Notes: generated by a model not told the origin, from the letters alone. A stretch of DNA of 64,000 nt from Octopus sinensis (GCF_006345805.1 NC_043021.1:4030001-4094000), one strand, 5' to 3'. Numbered from the stretch's first letter, positions 12,626 to 27,725 are shown. Numbers and translations: made by a program.

Positions 12626-12779
12626 ACCGCATCCACTCACACTCATTCAATCATGCTTTTGTTTGATGTGGTTGGGGTCTTCCCAAGTTAATGGTCGCAG
12701 AGGGGTCATCGTGCGGAGAGCCGACCTGGTCCACCAGTGTTCCCCCCTCCCCACATCCCGTGCCAGTCTTGCATCCTCT

Positions 12780-12990
12780 AAAATACCGAATGCACTTTCA
12801 CAAGGCTCACAAACAACAAGTGGACCCGTGCAATTTTCAAGTGGTATGCAAGAAAAATGAAGAGAGCCATTCAGGATAATTCCAAAACGATGGGAAGATG
12901 ACATGACCATAAAAAATTCAGGCCCAAATGTAAGAAAAGGGCGCCATCAGGAGGAGGTATGGAGGCGAGTTGTAATCAGCGATGTATAAA
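12780..12990 (+). mobile_element. RTE-clade LINE ORF C-terminal remnant
   Basis: KWTRAIFKWYARKMKR...KRWEDD...WRRVV matches RTE RWT..V.EW.PR..KR..GRP..RW.DD. Confidence 0.6.
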
Positions 12991-13030
12991 GACATTTGAA
13001 AGTCTGGTCAGAGCACTCAGCCGGTATCTG

Positions 13031-13259
13031 AGGCGAGCTGGCAGAAACGTTAGCACGCCAGGCGAAATGCTTAGCGGTATTTCGTCTGCCGCTACGTTCT
13101 GAGTTCAAATTCCGCCGAAGTCGACTTTGCCTTTATCCTTTCGGGGGTCGATTAAATAAGTACCAGTTACGCACTGGGGTCGACATAATCGACTTAATCC
13201 GTTTGTCTGTCCTTGTTTGTCTCTTCTGTGTTTAGCCCCTTGTGGGTAGTAAAGAAATA
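13031..13259 (+). mobile_element. SINE family B, single body
   Basis: Flanked by the direct repeat ggtatctgagg (13023-13033 and 13260-13270; the final agg may belong to the element head). Confidence 0.9.
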
Positions 13260-13404
13260 GGTATCTGAGGAGTACAGGATTCGATTCCCCGTAGCCGCCT
13301 GCTGGCACCCGCCCTCGCCTCATCTAAGGGTAAATACCCAATCTTTCTTGGCTGCTTTTACAGCTATACTGCGTTCGAAATTCACTTTCTTGTTTGTAAT
13401 ATAC

Positions 13405-13594
13405 ACGAGGGGTGCTGAAAAGTTTCTGATTTTAAGGGTGTCGCGAAAGCCCTGGTTGGACACCCAAACTTCCGAGTTCTTTTAAAGGGCCTAGAAAAAC
13501 TGAAGGACTGCTGCAATAAGTGTGTGAATCTGAGAATTAACTGATCCTCCTGTGTTTTCTTTTACCAAAAACCAGGAAGCTTTCAGTACCTCGT
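13405..13594 (+). mobile_element. Mariner-derived MITE
   Basis: TIRs acgaggggtgctgaaaagtttctg / ccaggaagctttcagtacctcgt; internal GLEKLKDCCNKCVNL resembles a mariner C-terminus. Confidence 0.7.
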
Positions 13595-13636
13595 TGTGTG
13601 TGTGTATGTGTGTGTGTGTGTGTGTGTGATGTGTGT

Positions 13637-13933
13637 GGAGGCGCAATGGCCCAGTGGTTAGGGCAGCGGACTCGCGGTTGTAGGATCGCGGTTTCGATTC
13701 CCAGGCCGGGCATTGTGAGAGTTTATTGAGCGAAAACACCTAAAAAAATGCTCCACGAGGCTCCGACAGGGGGTGGTGATCCCTGCTGTACTCTTTCACC
13801 ACTCTTTCTTCTGTTGGCCTGCTCGCTTAGCCAGCGGGGTGGCGTCATTCGAAGGCTAAAACAATGCGAACGCATTGTGACCAGCGATGTGTAACAACAT
13901 CTGATGGTCTGGTCGGTCACGTAATCACGTGAT
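13637..13933 (+). mobile_element. SINE with family C head and an alternative 3' body
   Basis: Shares head and middle with 395-776 up to ttcttctgtt, then diverges and ends cacgtaatcacgtgat. Confidence 0.8.
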
Positions 13934-14702
13934 ATATATATATATATACACACATACACATGCATATTTTTCATTAAGAACATTCAGAGAATAATCATCA
14001 CATTCTTCGCTTCTTTTCGCAGTGGAGAGGTGTGCATTCTTTACAAAGACACAATCACTATCGCGCGTTACTTTGCCCCTTCGAATTCAGACGGAGTCGT
14101 AACTGTTGTGATATGCTAAGCAGCGTGTTTACGGCATTTTTTAAAATTTCATTTTTTTCTTAATACTTGTCGGTGGCCACCCATCTTTAGATCGATAACT
14201 GAGAGAGACAGAGACAGAGAGAGAAAGAGAGAGAGCGGAGCTGAAAGGCAGGAGGGAAGGTGACAAAAAAACAAACAAACAAAAAAGAGATAAAATTAGG
14301 TAACTGTTGCTTTCCACTAACATCTTACATCCTATACGATGTCTGTCTGTCCGTCTCTCTCTCTAACACACACACACAGACAGAGCTTACTATGTTCCTA
14401 TTAGTCCTTACTCTACCGTTGCAATTTTCCAATCGCAGTTGACCGCGAAATAAGCAAACACGTTTCCAGGCACGCACGCCCACACGTGTAAGGACAGGAT
14501 ACAGAGACACGTACATATATATATTTTTTTCTTTACTGCCCCAGAAGGGGCTGAACATAGAGGGGACAAACAAAGACAGACGAAGGGATTGAGTCGATTA
14601 TATCGCCCCCAGTGTGAAACTGGTACTTTATTTATCGACCCCGAAAGGATGAAAGGCGGGGTCGATAAATAAAGTACCAGTTTATTATACATAAATATAT
14701 AT

Positions 14703-14771
<69 letters not shown>

Positions 14772-14779
14772 CATACACA

Positions 14780-15640
<861 letters not shown>

Positions 15641-16089
15641 GTGTGCACATACATTATATTATACACGTGTAACGTATATACACACATACATTTATAGACA
15701 GACAGGCAGACACACACACATGCATACCTGGAATTCGGCTTACAGGTAGTATCAATTGGAAAGAGATGAAGCTAGAATTAGCAATTAACCTATGCAGCCA
15801 ACGACATCGACATCGACACACCGTTATTTAATGCTACTGTACAACATCGTACACACCAATATTCCAGCAGATTATTATTTAATACTGACATACATTGAGA
15901 GAGAAAGAGAGAGACGATATCCTTACGTACTTCTCTATTTGATACTGCTATATATCACCATACATATGGTACTCCCCCACATCATTAAATAATGCAGGTG
16001 CGTGTGTGTGTGTGTTAATATCTATCTAAAAGCTCTACCTTGTAATTTGTTCTGTCTGTGTGCAGCCCTGTGTGGCTAATAAAGAAACA

Positions 16090-16120
<31 letters not shown>

Positions 16121-18007
16121 AGCACGATATCACATCATTATAACTGTATATATATATATATAATATATATATATATAATATATATATATATGTATATATA
16201 CGCGGGCGTGCATTTATATTGACAGTACTCCTACATACCGCTACTTCATGTAGTTTGTATGTCACTCTGAGACACTCTCCGCCACACAACTAATTAAGGA
16301 TGTCATGTCACGAATGGAACGTCTTTGGGCATAGGACTGACTGCCAAGGCAAGGTAGACCTGGGCCTAAACAGCCACACTACCACTACCACCAGTACCAC
16401 CACCACCATCTCGATTTAATGCTGCTGTGTATACCTCAGTACACACGAAAGCAGCACAACACACCACCACAATTTTATGTAGTTGTCTGGCTGTATACCT
16501 ATGTACAAACTTAGACAAGACCACGATTTAATTATTATATATAATATACACACGAAACCCCCAACACAGCGCAACGATTTAATGTGGGTTATATAGGTTT
16601 GTACACACGAAACCAACCCACACGCCACCGAGATTTCGTGTAGTTACATACCTCCGTACACACGATCTCCCTTGCTTTGCACTGTCACACTTCATCCACC
16701 AAATTATGTACGCACTTCGAATATCGATTAGCGAAACAAGAGCAACAGTTTCCAGAGGCGGGGGATCACATAAGATTCACTCGATAAGCAATAAGGAAAT
16801 AACTTTTGTTCCAACTTGTTTGGAACCTTAAGAATCACATGAAATGATTAATCGGAGAAAGAAAAACGTTTCTTTGAAAGTTGTTGCATAACGTTAACGA
16901 AGAATGTAATTAATTTATTTCAATTAAGTTCAGAAACCATAATTTATTTAGAGGAAGTGAGGAGGTTGATTAAATTAAGACTTTAGTGAAGTGGAAACTG
17001 CTGGAATTTGAACTCATGACGTTTGGAAGCGATGTCACTGGTAGAATGACTTAAATCGCGATAGTATATTGTTCTGGGGGTTTAGTTTATTGAAATATTC
17101 GGAGGAAAAGAGATGCAAGAAGCAACTGCAACAGGGATCAGAACTCAAACGCGAATTAACGGTTGAAATACAGTAAAGGAATCTCGCTCTTTCTCTCTCA
17201 TGAAATCAATGGGGAGGGAGTTTTCTGTGTGGTGGTCGTTCGATCTGTTAGAAATGGCAGACAAATTTCCCCTCAAATCTCACACACAAGACTTAAGAAA
17301 AAAAAAAAAAATAAAGACTTATTGGAGATTGTACTTTCTGCTATGCCGACAGACAGGAATGGTCACGGGCTGTTGTTGCGCTGCATTTGAGCATAAGGTC
17401 TGTTTCATCACGGTCGAATCGGGGTTAGGCAACTACAATGACCACCCACAGCCATCGACCTGCTCTTTGCGCTTCTTGCGATCGTGCGATTCTAAGATCT
17501 CTTTCATGGTCTCACTTGGACGGTTCACACTTTTCCAATCAATATTTGAGTGACAAATGGGAGAAAGATAAATAAATAAATAAATAAAAGCGCGGTTCGC
17601 TTTTTTTTTTTTTGGTACTAAGCAATGTTGCCATATCCCCCAACTGATACACACACACAAAAGAAAAAAAAAAGAAAAGAAAAAAAGCAAGATATAAATG
17701 AAGAAAGTGAAAATACAAATCATTCACAGAAGCGGGAATCATGAGATTTTTCGGGTGACAGCAAATGTCATCCAACATTGGTTGGTGCCAAACATTCATG
17801 CTTTCTCCAAGAACACATTTCCACACGACATCAATTCAGCAGCGGTTTTAACAGCTGGGGGACACGAAATCTGCTCATACGCATGTATGTATAAACGAAT
17901 GTATGCATCCGTGTGTGCATACACACCGCTATAAACATATGCATACGATACACGCATGCTTCTGAGAGTACGGGTGTATATAAATAACAATGCCTGTACT
18001 TTCCCGG

Positions 18008-18009
<2 letters not shown>

Positions 18010-18077
<68 letters not shown>

Positions 18078-18143
18078 TATATATATAATATATATATATA
18101 TACATGTATATATACATGTATATATATATATATAATATATATA

Positions 18144-18198
<55 letters not shown>

Positions 18199-18210
18199 AT
18201 ATGTATATAT

Positions 18211-18267
<57 letters not shown>

Positions 18268-18272
18268 ATATG
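18010..18272. repeat. Long (TA)n microsatellite
   Basis: Direct reading. Confidence 0.95.
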
Positions 18273-19184
18273 AGTACAGAACACCACAAATAAACGTAGA
18301 ACACAACGAGAGACGAAAACATAAAATCAAACAAGGAAACGGACTTTTTTTAACAACGAAAAAAAACAGAGTACAAGACAAACAATACAAGGAATATTCC
18401 CCTTCATCAGCTGTCCCTGGTTCGACTCAAAGTCTCTGTATGTATGTCTCGTATGAACGTATGTATGAAAGAAGGACAACATAAAAATGATATATATATA
18501 TATTTTTTTAAATATGCATAGAAAAAGAACAAGTACTGACTGTTGGTTTTGTTCTTGTTGTTGCTGCTGTTGTTGTTGTTGTTGTTTTTCCTAGGTGCTG
18601 CCGAGTTATTTGATATATAATTTCCTGCAGCCGCTGGTATTGCGAGACAACCAGCCAACCAACCGACCAGCCAGCGAGCAAGCCAACATAATCGCAGAAT
18701 ATCTCAAATCAATCCATTATTGTCGTTGTTGTTGTTGTTGCTACTGCTGCTGATGCTGATGTTGCTTTCTGTATATATAACATCGGTAAGTAAATATAGT
18801 GGAACTGGATGGAGGTTGGCGTGAGTTTACACAATCACTTATGTTTTGTTATTTTTCAAGTAAGAACCTCCAAGTGTCGTCGGCAACAACGACCAAAAAA
18901 AACAAAAAACGAAGGAGCGGCAAAAAAAAAAAAAAAATGAAGACGTTTTCTGTCGACGATATTATTAACCTGCCACGAGATGACGATGACAACAGCATCT
19001 AACAACGACGACAAATAATTTGCAAGCTAAAATCATTAGTTAAAGCCAACTACTGCCATCACATGATACTATTTCCACAAGCATTTTTCTATTGTCACAA
19101 ACGAAGACAGACACGCGCAGATGTACAGACGCACGCGCGCACGCACATACACAGAGAGAGACTTTTGCGAATATCATTAGAATT

Positions 19185-19224
<40 letters not shown>

Positions 19225-19364
19225 CTTTCGTTCTTTTTTTTTTTGCCTACCTTTCCAAGACTGCAAAACACCTGGAACTACTGTGATGACGACAGACGGA
19301 GTGTAGTATCTATCTACATACCTTTATATCAACATGCATACATACATATCTAACTGTTTATCTA

Positions 19365-19574
19365 CCTATTCTTTAATCTATCTGTCTATCTACCTATTCA
19401 TCCATCCATCTATCTATCTACCTATTCATCCATCCATCCATCTATCTATCTACCCATCTATGTACCTGTCTACCTATCTATCTATCTACCTATTCATCCA
19501 TCCATCCATCTATCTATCTACCCATCTATATACCTATCTATCCATCCATCCATCCATCTATCTATCTATCTACA

Positions 19575-19613
<39 letters not shown>

Positions 19614-19616
19614 ACA

Positions 19617-19648
<32 letters not shown>

Positions 19649-19700
19649 CCTATTCATTCATCCATCTGTCTATTCATACAACCACTCATATAATACCTAC
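19365..19700. repeat. (TATC/CATC/TC)n compound microsatellite
   Basis: Direct reading. Confidence 0.9.
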
Positions 19701-20419
19701 CTATGTATCAACACATCTTCCCATCTCTCAGCGTGTGTATAGAAGAGACATGCTCATCACTCATTCCTCGAGCACCTTGTTTTACTTTTCGACAACAATG
19801 TTATCAATTTTCCGAACACACACACAGAATAACCACACGTGCACATCAACATATGTAAACACTTACGCAATTACAGCTCACACACACAAACACACACACA
19901 CACACACACACACCACACAGGCGGACATATATAATATATAAAACACATGATGTACATACATTTACATTATCTATGCATACATTTCGAAATCATGCAATCA
20001 CCAACAGTAACAACAACAACCACAACAATTCATTTCACTAAAATATAGGCAACCATCGCACATAGGGCACATGTGATGAACACGAGAATAATATTAAGTA
20101 ATTGCACATGTTAGCTGGGGGAAGAAATTTTTGAAATATCTTGCATGCAAGTAAAGTGGTTTTGCATATTTACAGGACGGTGTGACTCGTACAAGGCTGC
20201 ATTAACCCGAGCATTTGCAGTTATTATAAATACATATACGTGTTGTGTGTGTGTGTGTGCACGCACGTTTCTGTGGCGCCCCAATTTCTATGCTCGAATC
20301 TAATTGGAGTCAAGTTTGACTATATGATTCTTCCGGTACTGATGACATGATTATCAGTAACATTAGAAGAATTATGCCGTGAAAGTATATATGCGCGGGG
20401 TGTATGTGTGTATTTTATA

Positions 20420-20478
<59 letters not shown>

Positions 20479-20524
20479 GATATATATATATATCTTATAT
20501 ATATATATATATAATAGAGTATAT

Positions 20525-20930
20525 TCTTTTACTTTTTTACATTGTTTCACTTTTCGTCATTTGACTGCGGCCATGCTGGAGCACCGCCTTTAATCGAGCA
20601 ACTCGACCCCGGGACTCATTCTTTTTTTTTGTAAGCCCAGTACTTATTCTATCGGTCTCTTTTGGCGAACCGCTAAGTGACGGGGACATAAACACACCAG
20701 CATCGGTTGTCAAGCAATGCTAGGGGGACAAACACAGACACACAAACATACTCGCACACATATATATATACATATGTACAACGGGCTTCTTTCAGTTTCC
20801 GTCTACCAAATCCACTCACAAGGCTTTGGTCGGCCCGAGGCTATAGTAGAAGACACTTCCCCAAGGTGCCACGCAGTGGGACTGAACCCGAAACCATGTG
20901 GTTGGTAAGCAAGCTATTACCACACAGCCA

Positions 20931-20933
<3 letters not shown>
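20525..20933 (-). mobile_element. Full-length SINE family A
   Basis: Near-identical to 1877-2285. Confidence 0.9.
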
Positions 20934-20990
<57 letters not shown>

Positions 20991-21343
20991 TTAGTCGAGC
21001 GAATCGACTCCAGTGCTTTTTTTTTTTTTTGATGGTAATAGATTTTATCGGTCTTTTGGTCGAACCGCTAATTTACGGTGGCGTAAACAAACCAGCATCG
21101 ATTGTCAAGCGGCGGTGTGGGTTACAAAGACACAGAATACACACGCACACATGACAGGCTTCTTTCGGTTTCCGTCGGTTCCATGCAGTGGGACTGAACC
21201 TGGAACCATGTGGTTGGGAAACAAATATTTGACCGCAGAGCCACGCATACATACATACGTACACACACACACATATACATACATATATACATACATATAC
21301 ATACATATATATACACACATACATGCATATACACACACATATA

Positions 21344-22638
21344 TAGGGCTATCCCATAAATAATGCGGTTTTTTCAATTGCATGAGCTAAAAGTTGGGGG
21401 TTGGGACGGGATAAACTACTTGCATCAACTTGTTATAAAAGCAGGTAGTTTTACTTGTGCTTATTCTTAGTGCAAGTTTTGAAGAGTGCAGTTCGATTTT
21501 AACAGTTATTTTTTCAAAGTTATAATGAAAGTGACAAAGAAGCATATTTGGCATATTTTCCTTCATGAGTCTAATAATGGCAACAACGCAATGGAAAGTG
21601 CAAGGAATATGAATGCAGTATATGGGGATTGAACAATAAGTGTAAGCCAGAGTCAACGGTGGTTCCAGAAATTTCGAACCGGAAACTACGGCCTAGAAGA
21701 CCAGCCTCATCTTGGAAGATCTGTAGAGCTCAACGAGGACGTTCTGAAAATCCTGGTGGAACAAAATCCCATTGTAACTGTTGAGGAACTAGCAGAGAAG
21801 TTTGGATTTGGTCATTCAACTATTCATCAACACTAGCGTGATGTCGGAAAAGTCAGCAAATTGGGTCAATGGGTTCCTCACAAACTTTCCGAGTCGAATC
21901 TCACACAGAGAGTGAATGTGTGCTCTTCTTTGCTCACTTCTCACGAATGAATCTTTTTTTTTTTGGACCGAATACTGAATGGTGAAGACAAATGGATTCT
22001 CTATAAAAATGTCAAGCACCGAAGACACTGCGTAGAGAAAAGAGAAACACCGGCACGTCAGGCTAAAGAAGGTCTTCACCCACGTAAAGCGTGGTTGTCT
22101 GTGAAGGGTGGATATGAAGGGTTTAGTCGACTTTGAGCTTTTAAACCCAAACCAAACTATAACAAAGGAGATCTACTGCGAGCAGCTTGAGCAGCTTAAG
22201 TCAGCGCTAGAAGAAAAACGACCATCTTTGGTTTCAAGACGAAAGGTGTTCTTCCATCAGGATAATGCTCGGTTAAATACAGCGAGGATGACATTACAAA
22301 GGCCGGAGCAGTTTGAATGGGAAACGATGCCCCACCCAACATATTCGCCAGACATTGTCCCATCTGATTATCATTTATTCCGCAGTCTTTAAAATCATTT
22401 GGACGGAAAAAATATGAATTCTATAGACGAGGTCAGAACAGTACTGGAGGAGTATTTTTCGTCACGGACAAGTGAATTTTGGAAGAGGCGGGGCCTTTCA
22501 AGTCTACCTGATAGACGGAAGAGCATTGTAGAAAATGAAGGAGTGTGTATTTTAGGTTAAAAAAGAACTTTGTTTATCTTAATTTTGAAAAATTAAAGAA
22601 TTATAAAAACTAACGCATTATTTATGGGATGACCCAAT
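21344..22638 (+). mobile_element. Full-length decayed mariner (DD34D) transposon
   Basis: TIRs tagggctatcccataaataatgcgg / cgcattatttatgggatgaccca; WVPHKL motif, HQDNAR and YSPDIVPSDYHLF; stops and frameshifts; about 1.3 kb. Confidence 0.92.
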
Positions 22639-23059
22639 ATACATGAGAGAGAGAGGTGTGAGCGACTCGACCAGTGAAATATTGTCTTGAGACACTCTTA
22701 CACACCTGACACACAATTTCAGAGTCTAACGAGGCGTGTAGAATGTGAGGAAGCGAAGAGCACAGAGACAGATGCAACAGGTAGTTTGGTTTAGTTTGTG
22801 AGGCACTGGAATTTACATTGGCCAAAGTAAGCAGAAGAAAAAAATTCTATGCAATTACACCTGGGCCGAGGATGAACACACACAGTGGCACCCATTTTTT
22901 CCTAAACATGTATTTTTCTACACACACACAGAGTTTTTGTATTTGTTTTCGCAATTTTACAAGTGCGAAACAGTGTGACAACATATTGTACTTCGGTAGG
23001 ATCATTCTGTAAATAAAAATACACGCACAGACTCTAGATCACTTCTTTATTGTTAACTG

Positions 23060-23905
23060 ATGTCTATCGTTACATCTCAAAGGCTTTATTCAAAAAAAGT
23101 AGTTCGTCTCAACTAGTCTGCTGAGTACACCTGCTCCAAATATGGAAGGCAGAGAGGGGGAGAGGAGAGGTGAAGAGAGAGAGAGAGAGAGAGAGGAGAG
23201 GGAGAAAGAGAGAGGAAAGAGAGCATAGCTATGGTCCGAAAATTATCAATATGATCGCCTATGTTTGGGTTCTTTCTCAGCAGTACTACCGCACCTCGAC
23301 TCACTAAACTAAGAGTTCTCCTGTTCTATTAGTTGCAGCAGACGTCTACCAAAAGATCTTCAAACAGGTCTGGCATGTAAAAGTAAAGCTCAAAGAGCAT
23401 ACCACCCAAAACCAGGCGATTTGCTTACTGTGCAGCTAACCAACGTTTCCAGTATTTCCGCTGCTGTTATCGACTTTTTTGCCATGTTCCACCTCCTTCG
23501 TCGGGAGTTGCGGTAGGCCGGTGAGGTAGTATTTAAAATCCATCCTACGTCCCGAAACGTCATTCGACCCAAAGAGTCGAATGAAGTGCTGCCGAAATAT
23601 CGTGGACATCTGTTTGGTCTTGAGTACTGTGCGGCCATTATGATCCACCAAAGATCAAATTGTTGCCACGTTGCGCTTCTGTCATTCAGGTCCAGCGAGC
23701 AGCTCTCGTTCCGTCGTATTTTAGAGCACGCGCTTTAGTTCTGACAATGTAAACTTTGTGCCTCTCGTTGAAGAATTGGTCGAGGGCCAATCTCGCCGCA
23801 AGTATGTTGGCTGTGATACCTTTTCCTAAGGGCCTCTTGAAAATTTCTGACTCTCTCTCTCTTTGCTATTTTTTCTCTATCGCCACAACCTTACTAAATC
23901 TAACT
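23060..23905 (-). mobile_element. L1/Tx1-clade LINE ORF2 fragment (EN-RT linker to RT start)
   Basis: VRTKARAL..; SITAAEILETLVSCTVSKSPG; GAVVLLRKNPNIGDHIDNFRTIAML; interrupted by (GA)n. Confidence 0.75.
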
Positions 23906-24550
23906 GACTCTACAATAATCGCAGCTCATGAGAGGCGTTTTGCCTTTTTTTTAATTCTTTCAAATTTAGAATAATTTCTTTAGTTCTTTGGCAGTAAGGC
24001 GTCAGCGAAATCGCTGGATTTACAAGTTGTGCTTTCATTTTATTTTGTGTGTCTGTCGGCGTTAATCGTGTGTAGCTTGCATGTGTGATGAGTGGAAAAT
24101 AGGACATTTTAAAATTTTCTATGGACATATTTTTGCTGTCGTTGTTGTTTTTAATTTCCTTGAGAGTGTTGGTGTTTTTCATGTGCATTGTTGTTGTCGT
24201 TGTTGTGTCGGTGTTTGGCTTTAGTAGTAGTAGTAGTAGTGGTGGTGGAAAGGTGAGAAATCGGTGTCAAAACATCTGTTCTGATATCTGGTTTCACCTC
24301 GTTGGCAATTTGCCGAAAAATTCGACGCCATGTTTGGTTACTGTTTTTCTTCTTCATAAATTGTGTAAATTTTTTAGAAAATAAAAACCTAAATTCTGCC
24401 AGGAAGAGCGAAATTTTAACAAAGCCAACAGGCCTCAGAGGACGCTATATGGCTTATTAACACGATGGCGCAGCAAAAAGCACAAATAACTTTCTTTAAA
24501 ACAACAAAATTCAATAACACCTCACGAGCTCCTTGCAAGCACAGTGGAAG

Positions 24551-24915
24551 CACTCCGTCGGTTACGACGATGAGGGTTCCGGTTGATCCGAATCAACGGA
24601 ACAGCCTGCTCGTGAAATTAACGTGCAAGTGGCTGAGCACTCCACAGACACGTGCACCCTTAACGTAGTTCTCGGGGATATTCAGCGTGACACAGAGAGT
24701 GACAAGGCCGGCCCTTTTGAAATACAGGTACAACAGAAACAGGAAGTAAGAGTGAGAGAAAGTTGTGGTGAAAGAGTACAGCAGGGATCACCACCATCCC
24801 CTGCCGGAGCCTCGTGGAGCTTTTAGGTGTTTTCGCTCAATAAACACTCACAACGCCCGGTCTGGGAATCGAAACCGCGAGTCCGCTGCCCTAACCACTG
24901 GGCCATTGCGCCTCC
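24551..24915 (-). mobile_element. SINE family C
   Basis: Near-identical to 395-776. Confidence 0.9.
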
Positions 24916-24954
24916 ACCCTTGCAAGCACAATAACAACAGCAACAACAATACAT

Positions 24955-25331
24955 TTTCCTTTCTACTATAGCCACAAGGCCTGAAATTTTATGGGAGGAA
25001 GCAAGTCGAACCTGGTACTTATCTCATCGACCCCGAAAGAATGAAAAGCAAAGTCGACCTCGGTGGTATCTGAACTCAGAACGTGATGACAAATAAAATA
25101 CCTATTTCTTTACTACCCACAAGGGGCTACACACAGAGAGGACAAACAAGGACAAACGGATTAAGTCGATTATATCGACCCCAGTGCGTAACTGGTACTT
25201 ATTTAATCGACCCCGAATGAATGAAAGGCAAAGTCGACCTCGGCGGAATTTGAACTCAGAACGTAGCGGCAGACGAAATACCGCTAAGCATTTCGCCCGG
25301 CGTGCTAACGTTTCTGCTAGCTCGCCGCCTT
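24955..25331 (-). mobile_element. SINE family B: young head and body joined to an older diverged body
   Basis: Junction aaagaaata|ggtattttatttg at about 25100; distal body has a different tail (tttcaggccttgtggctatagtagaaagg). Confidence 0.8.
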
Positions 25332-25332
25332 A

Positions 25333-25362
<30 letters not shown>

Positions 25363-25363
<1 letters not shown>

Positions 25364-25735
25364 GGCGTAGGCGTGCCAGTGTGGTAAGAAGCTTGCTTAC
25401 CAACCACATGGTTCAGGGTTCAGTTCCACTGTGTGGAACCTCAGGCAAGTGTCTTCTACTATAGCCTCGGTTCGACCTAAGCCATGTGAGTGGATTTGGG
25501 AGACGGAAACTGAAAGAAGCCCGTCGTATGTAATAAGTGTGTGTGTGTGTCCACCATCGCTTGACAACCGATGTTGGTGAGTTTACGTCCCCGTAAGCTA
25601 GCGGTTCGGCAAAAGAGAATAAGTACTAGGCTTACAAAGAATAAGTCCCGGGGTCGATGTGTTCGGTTGTTAATAGTCGGTGCTCCAGCATGGCCTGCAG
25701 TCAGATGATTGAAACAAGTAAAAGAATAAATAAAT
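25363..25735 (+). mobile_element. SINE family A directly after (TAA)n
   Basis: Head, shortened linker and tail motifs. Confidence 0.8.
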
Positions 25736-26029
25736 AACAATAAACCCGGATATCCGAAGAACAAAGTAGTCGCAGAGAATTCATTGAAAATGAGATGTAA
25801 TGAAAGGCGTTAATGAGATAATCAATTAGAAAACACAACACACACAGTAAATAAAGTGTAGTGTTTTATTGGCAGGATGTGTGTGTGTGTGTGTGTTTCT
25901 TAATGAATATTTATGTAGAAGACCAGAGTGTCTCAGAATTTGAAGTAGTTTATAGATTTTAAGTCTTTTTAACCATTGAAAACTCAACCATTGGTTGTCA
26001 AGCGATTTTGGGGGAAAAATACAAAACAT

Positions 26030-26061
<32 letters not shown>

Positions 26062-26117
26062 CTATATATATATGTATATATATATATATATATATAATAT
26101 ATAATATATACACATTA

Positions 26118-26311
26118 CACTCTTTTACTTATTTCAGTCATTTGACTGCGGCCATGCTGGAGCACCGCCTTTAGTCGAGCAACTCGACCCCGCTACTTAT
26201 TTCTTTGTAAGCCCAGTACTTATTCTATCGGTCTCTTGCCGAACCGCTAAGTAACGGGGACATAAACACACCAGCATCGGTTGTCAAGCAATGCTAGGGG
26301 GACAAACACAG

Positions 26312-26363
<52 letters not shown>

Positions 26364-26578
26364 GTATATATATATATACACATACACTCTTTTACTTATT
26401 TCAGTCATTTGACTGCGGCCATGCTGGAGCACCGCCTTTAGTCGAGCAACTCGACCCCGCTACTTATTCTTTTGTAAGCCCAGTACTTATTCTATCGGTC
26501 TCTCTTGCCGAACCGCTAGTAACGGGGACATAAACACACCAGCATCGGTTGTCAAGCAATGCTAGGGGGACAACACAG

Positions 26579-26647
<69 letters not shown>

Positions 26648-26828
26648 AACACACACACATATATGCGACGGGCTTCTTTCAGTTTCCGTCAACCAAATCC
26701 ACTCACACGGCTTTGGTCGGCCCGAGGCTATAATAGAAGACACTAGCCGAAGATGCCACGCAGTGGGACTGAACCCGGAACCATGTAGCTAGTAAGCAAG
26801 CTACTTACCACACAGCCACTCCTCCGCC
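26118..26828 (-). mobile_element. SINE family A with tandemly duplicated tail module
   Basis: Two near-identical tails (about 26118-26330 and 26385-26600), each followed by a (TA)n linker; one head. Confidence 0.85.
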
Positions 26829-27284
26829 TGTTTAAGTGGGGATAAATATTGCTTCTTGGTAATTAATACTGGCTCAGTCGCTAATATATATATATTTCTT
26901 CACTAATGTACACCAAATGAGACATATTTGAAGTGAAAAATATCCATCGTCAGCAGCAGTAGAAAGACAGCAGAAACGGGAATGTGTCACATTCATGCCG
27001 TTCCGAGGGGCGGCAGTGTGGGGGGCGTGGTGGTTGTGGTATCAGAGACGACGGTGAAAGACACTAATACATCATCAATCAAAGCCAGGTTGTATGGACG
27101 ATATGATATATAAAAAGGGTCGTTGATCTTTGTACAGATTTTGCTGATGCCTTTGTTCTCTCGGTTAACTTGGAGACATTGCAGAAACCATTCCATTAGA
27201 CTCATTAATAAGAATTGTTAGCATGCTGACACGCGTGATTGCGTGGGCTGCTTAGCTTTCGATGTATGCACATTATAAGCGCGC

Positions 27285-27542
27285 GCGCATATATATATAT
27301 ATATATACACACATACATATATACATACATATATATATATACATAAATATATATATACATACATATATATATATGCATACATATACATATATATACATAC
27401 ATAAATATATATATATATATATATACAACATACATATATATATATACATACATAAATAAATACATACATACATATATATATATATATACAATACATATAT
27501 ATATATACATAAATAAATATATATATATATATATATACATAA

Positions 27543-27579
<37 letters not shown>

Positions 27580-27725
27580 CATACATACATAAATAAATAC
27601 ATAAATAAATATATACATATATATATATATATACATACATACATAAATATATACATACATATATATATTATATATATATATATACATGCGCACACGTATT
27701 TATATATATATATGTATGTATGTAT
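27285..27725. repeat. (TA/CATA)n compound microsatellite
   Basis: Direct reading. Confidence 0.9.

Noticed and set aside
13637-13712. Possible tRNA genes at SINE heads
   Set aside because: A and B boxes present but no complete acceptor stem, and they run straight into SINE bodies
17390-17560. Possible RTE C-terminal remnant on the minus strand (HDRKKRKEQV)
   Set aside because: Only a vague match to DR..WR..V; too weak to list as a feature
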